IMG/VR virus record: IMGVR_UViG_3300005964_000004
Span: 1-8,109 of that record
Length of the DNA: 8,109 bases
Strand: one strand, 5' to 3'
This document shows, in pieces, positions 6,990 to 8,109 of this stretch. Within the stretch, counting starts at the first letter, position 1. Each line of letters opens with the position of its first letter. Under the pieces are notes generated by a model. That model saw only the letters and a list, made by a program, of their open reading frames with translations. It ran no database searches and was not told the origin of the DNA. A program made the translations under genes and the position numbers.

Positions 6990-7055
6990 TTCACCTGTAA
7001 TATACATATGTATCTTCTGCTATATAAACTTTTCTCTATCTTTGCATCTTTGCAC
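6990..7055 (-). promoter_or_regulatory. Strong consensus BRE-TATA promoter with an operator-like palindrome
   Basis: TGCAAAGATGCAAAGATAGAGAAAAG-TTTATATA-GCAGAAG-ATACATATGTAT-ATTAC-AGGTGA; perfect palindrome at 7002-7013. Confidence 0.75.
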
Positions 7056-7230
7056 TTTTATTTTTCCAACAATATTATTTTTCCACTTCCAACATTTTAT
7101 CCTTTAACTTGCAAAAATATTTTAAATCATTTCTCCTCTTTTTGTCTTTGCAACTAATGTTTCCGAATGAACATGCTGTATACAACACTGTATACTCCGG
7201 AGAAATATCTCTGGCGGGTTTGCCGTGTAA

Positions 7231-7360
7231 ATTATAACTACTAACTACTAACTAACTAGTTAGCTAATTGTTATATTGCTATATTGCATATTGCAGTAAC
7301 TAGTAAGTTAATAGTTATATAATTATGTAGTTGTATAGTTGTATAATATAATTATATAAG
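7231..7360. repeat. Low-complexity short tandem repeats
   Basis: TAACTAC/TAAC units, ATATTGC x3, TAGTTGTA x2, palindrome CTAACTAGTTAG. Confidence 0.7.
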
Positions 7361-7695
7361 AAGAAAGATAAAGTGGACTACGGATATATGCTTTCTTCTG
7401 CTGGTATTTAAATCTTTCTTCATAACCTTCCAATTTTGCAAGACTGAAGCTGAAGAAATTGGATAAAAAATTCAAAACTGCAAAGTTGGAAAGATGAAAG
7501 TATATAAATGTTTTGTTCTAAACTCCCAATTTCAGCACCGCCAACTGAAAAAAATTGGCGAGAATGGAAATGGAAAAACAAACTTGAAACAGAATAATGT
7601 AACTTATAATATGTTTAGTAACTAAAAGCTTACAATTAGGAGTGGACTTTTTTCTAATTAATAGTTATATAGTTCCCAATTAATATATTCGCAAC

Positions 7696-8048
7696 ATGTA
7701 GAATTAGTTGTAACTTACAAGTTTACAATAATATAACTTTATCTAGCAATATGACAGATTATTTGTAACTTACAATTTACCAACTTATTAGCTTTATTTA
7801 GTAAATTGCACGAAATGATAGATTATTTGTAAGTTAGGAATTTACAATTTATACTGTTTTTCAAAATAATAACGCAAAATGATAGATTATTTGTAAGTTA
7901 CAATTTATCAACTTTATTGCGAAATTTACGCAAAATGACAAATTAATTGGAATTTCCAATTTCTCAATTTACCCGTGAAAAAAACTTAATTTACGAAAAA
8001 AACGCAAAATATTGGAATTTTCAATTTCTCAACTTTATTGCGAAATTT
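7696..8048. repeat. Degenerate direct-repeat array with a palindromic core TTG(T/G)AA-N-TT(A/C)CAA
   Basis: Units start at about 7696, 7751, 7815, 7879 and 7935, with a truncated unit at about 8002. Exact 20-bp duplication at 7908-7927 and 8029-8048; ACGCAAAAT at 7872, 7928 and 8002. Confidence 0.85.
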
Positions 8049-8109
8049 TCCCAAAAAACGATAAAAACCGCAAGTCCTCAGCTAGGGCTCTGCAATTGCA
8101 AAATCCTGG

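Larger units (their letters stand above)
1..8109. mobile_element. Rudivirus (SIRV-like) genome segment, core region to terminal region
   Basis: Recognisable rudiviral MCP, PVAP, SvtR, HUH Rep and SSB-ATPase-Cas4 cluster; low GC; repeat-rich non-coding end. Confidence 0.96.
7056..8109. other. Non-coding terminal region, likely wholly or partly the inverted terminal repeat
   Basis: No ORF of 60 aa or more; repeat-rich; AAGTTAGGAATTTACAATTT (7831-7850) resembles the rudiviral terminal motif AATTTAGGAATTTAGGAATTT. The ITR itself cannot be confirmed without the other genome end. Confidence 0.65.

Noticed and set aside
7572-7590. Solitary CRISPR-repeat mimic (RNA anti-CRISPR) ending CTTGAAAC
   Set aside because: Only a partial match to the 8-nt handle; the rest does not resemble Sulfolobales repeats I know.
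7751-7963. Viral mini-CRISPR array (about 29-nt repeats, 64-nt period, Cas4-like gene nearby)
   Set aside because: Repeats are degenerate and lack an ATTGAAA(G/C) end; intervening sequences are related to each other; the period varies. A terminal repeat array explains it better.
8074-8109. Covalently closed hairpin terminus
   Set aside because: Only short dyads are present (TGCAATTGCA, GTCCT/AGGGC), the exact 21-nt terminal motif is absent, and the window edge may be arbitrary.

Overview
AT-rich fragment of a rod-shaped archaeal virus genome (Rudiviridae, SIRV-like; probably a Sulfolobales host), running from the central core towards one genome end. All family calls come from sequence recall and motifs; no database search was run. 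Left to right: a partial GT-B glycosyltransferase, a C2H2 zinc-finger protein, the 134-aa major capsid protein, a hypothetical protein, a 53-aa SvtR-type ribbon-helix-helix regulator missed by the ORF track, the pyramid egress protein PVAP, the HUH Rep, an RHH-like protein, the SSB/AAA+ ATPase/Cas4-like nuclease cluster, four small accessory genes, and about 1.1 kb of non-coding terminal (ITR-like) DNA. Most core genes share a TATA+GTC promoter signature. The least explained part is the terminal region. It has promoter-like elements with no protein gene downstream, a predicted H-type pseudoknot, a multi-hairpin GC-rich island, and an array of palindromic repeats with a symmetry-preserving double change.
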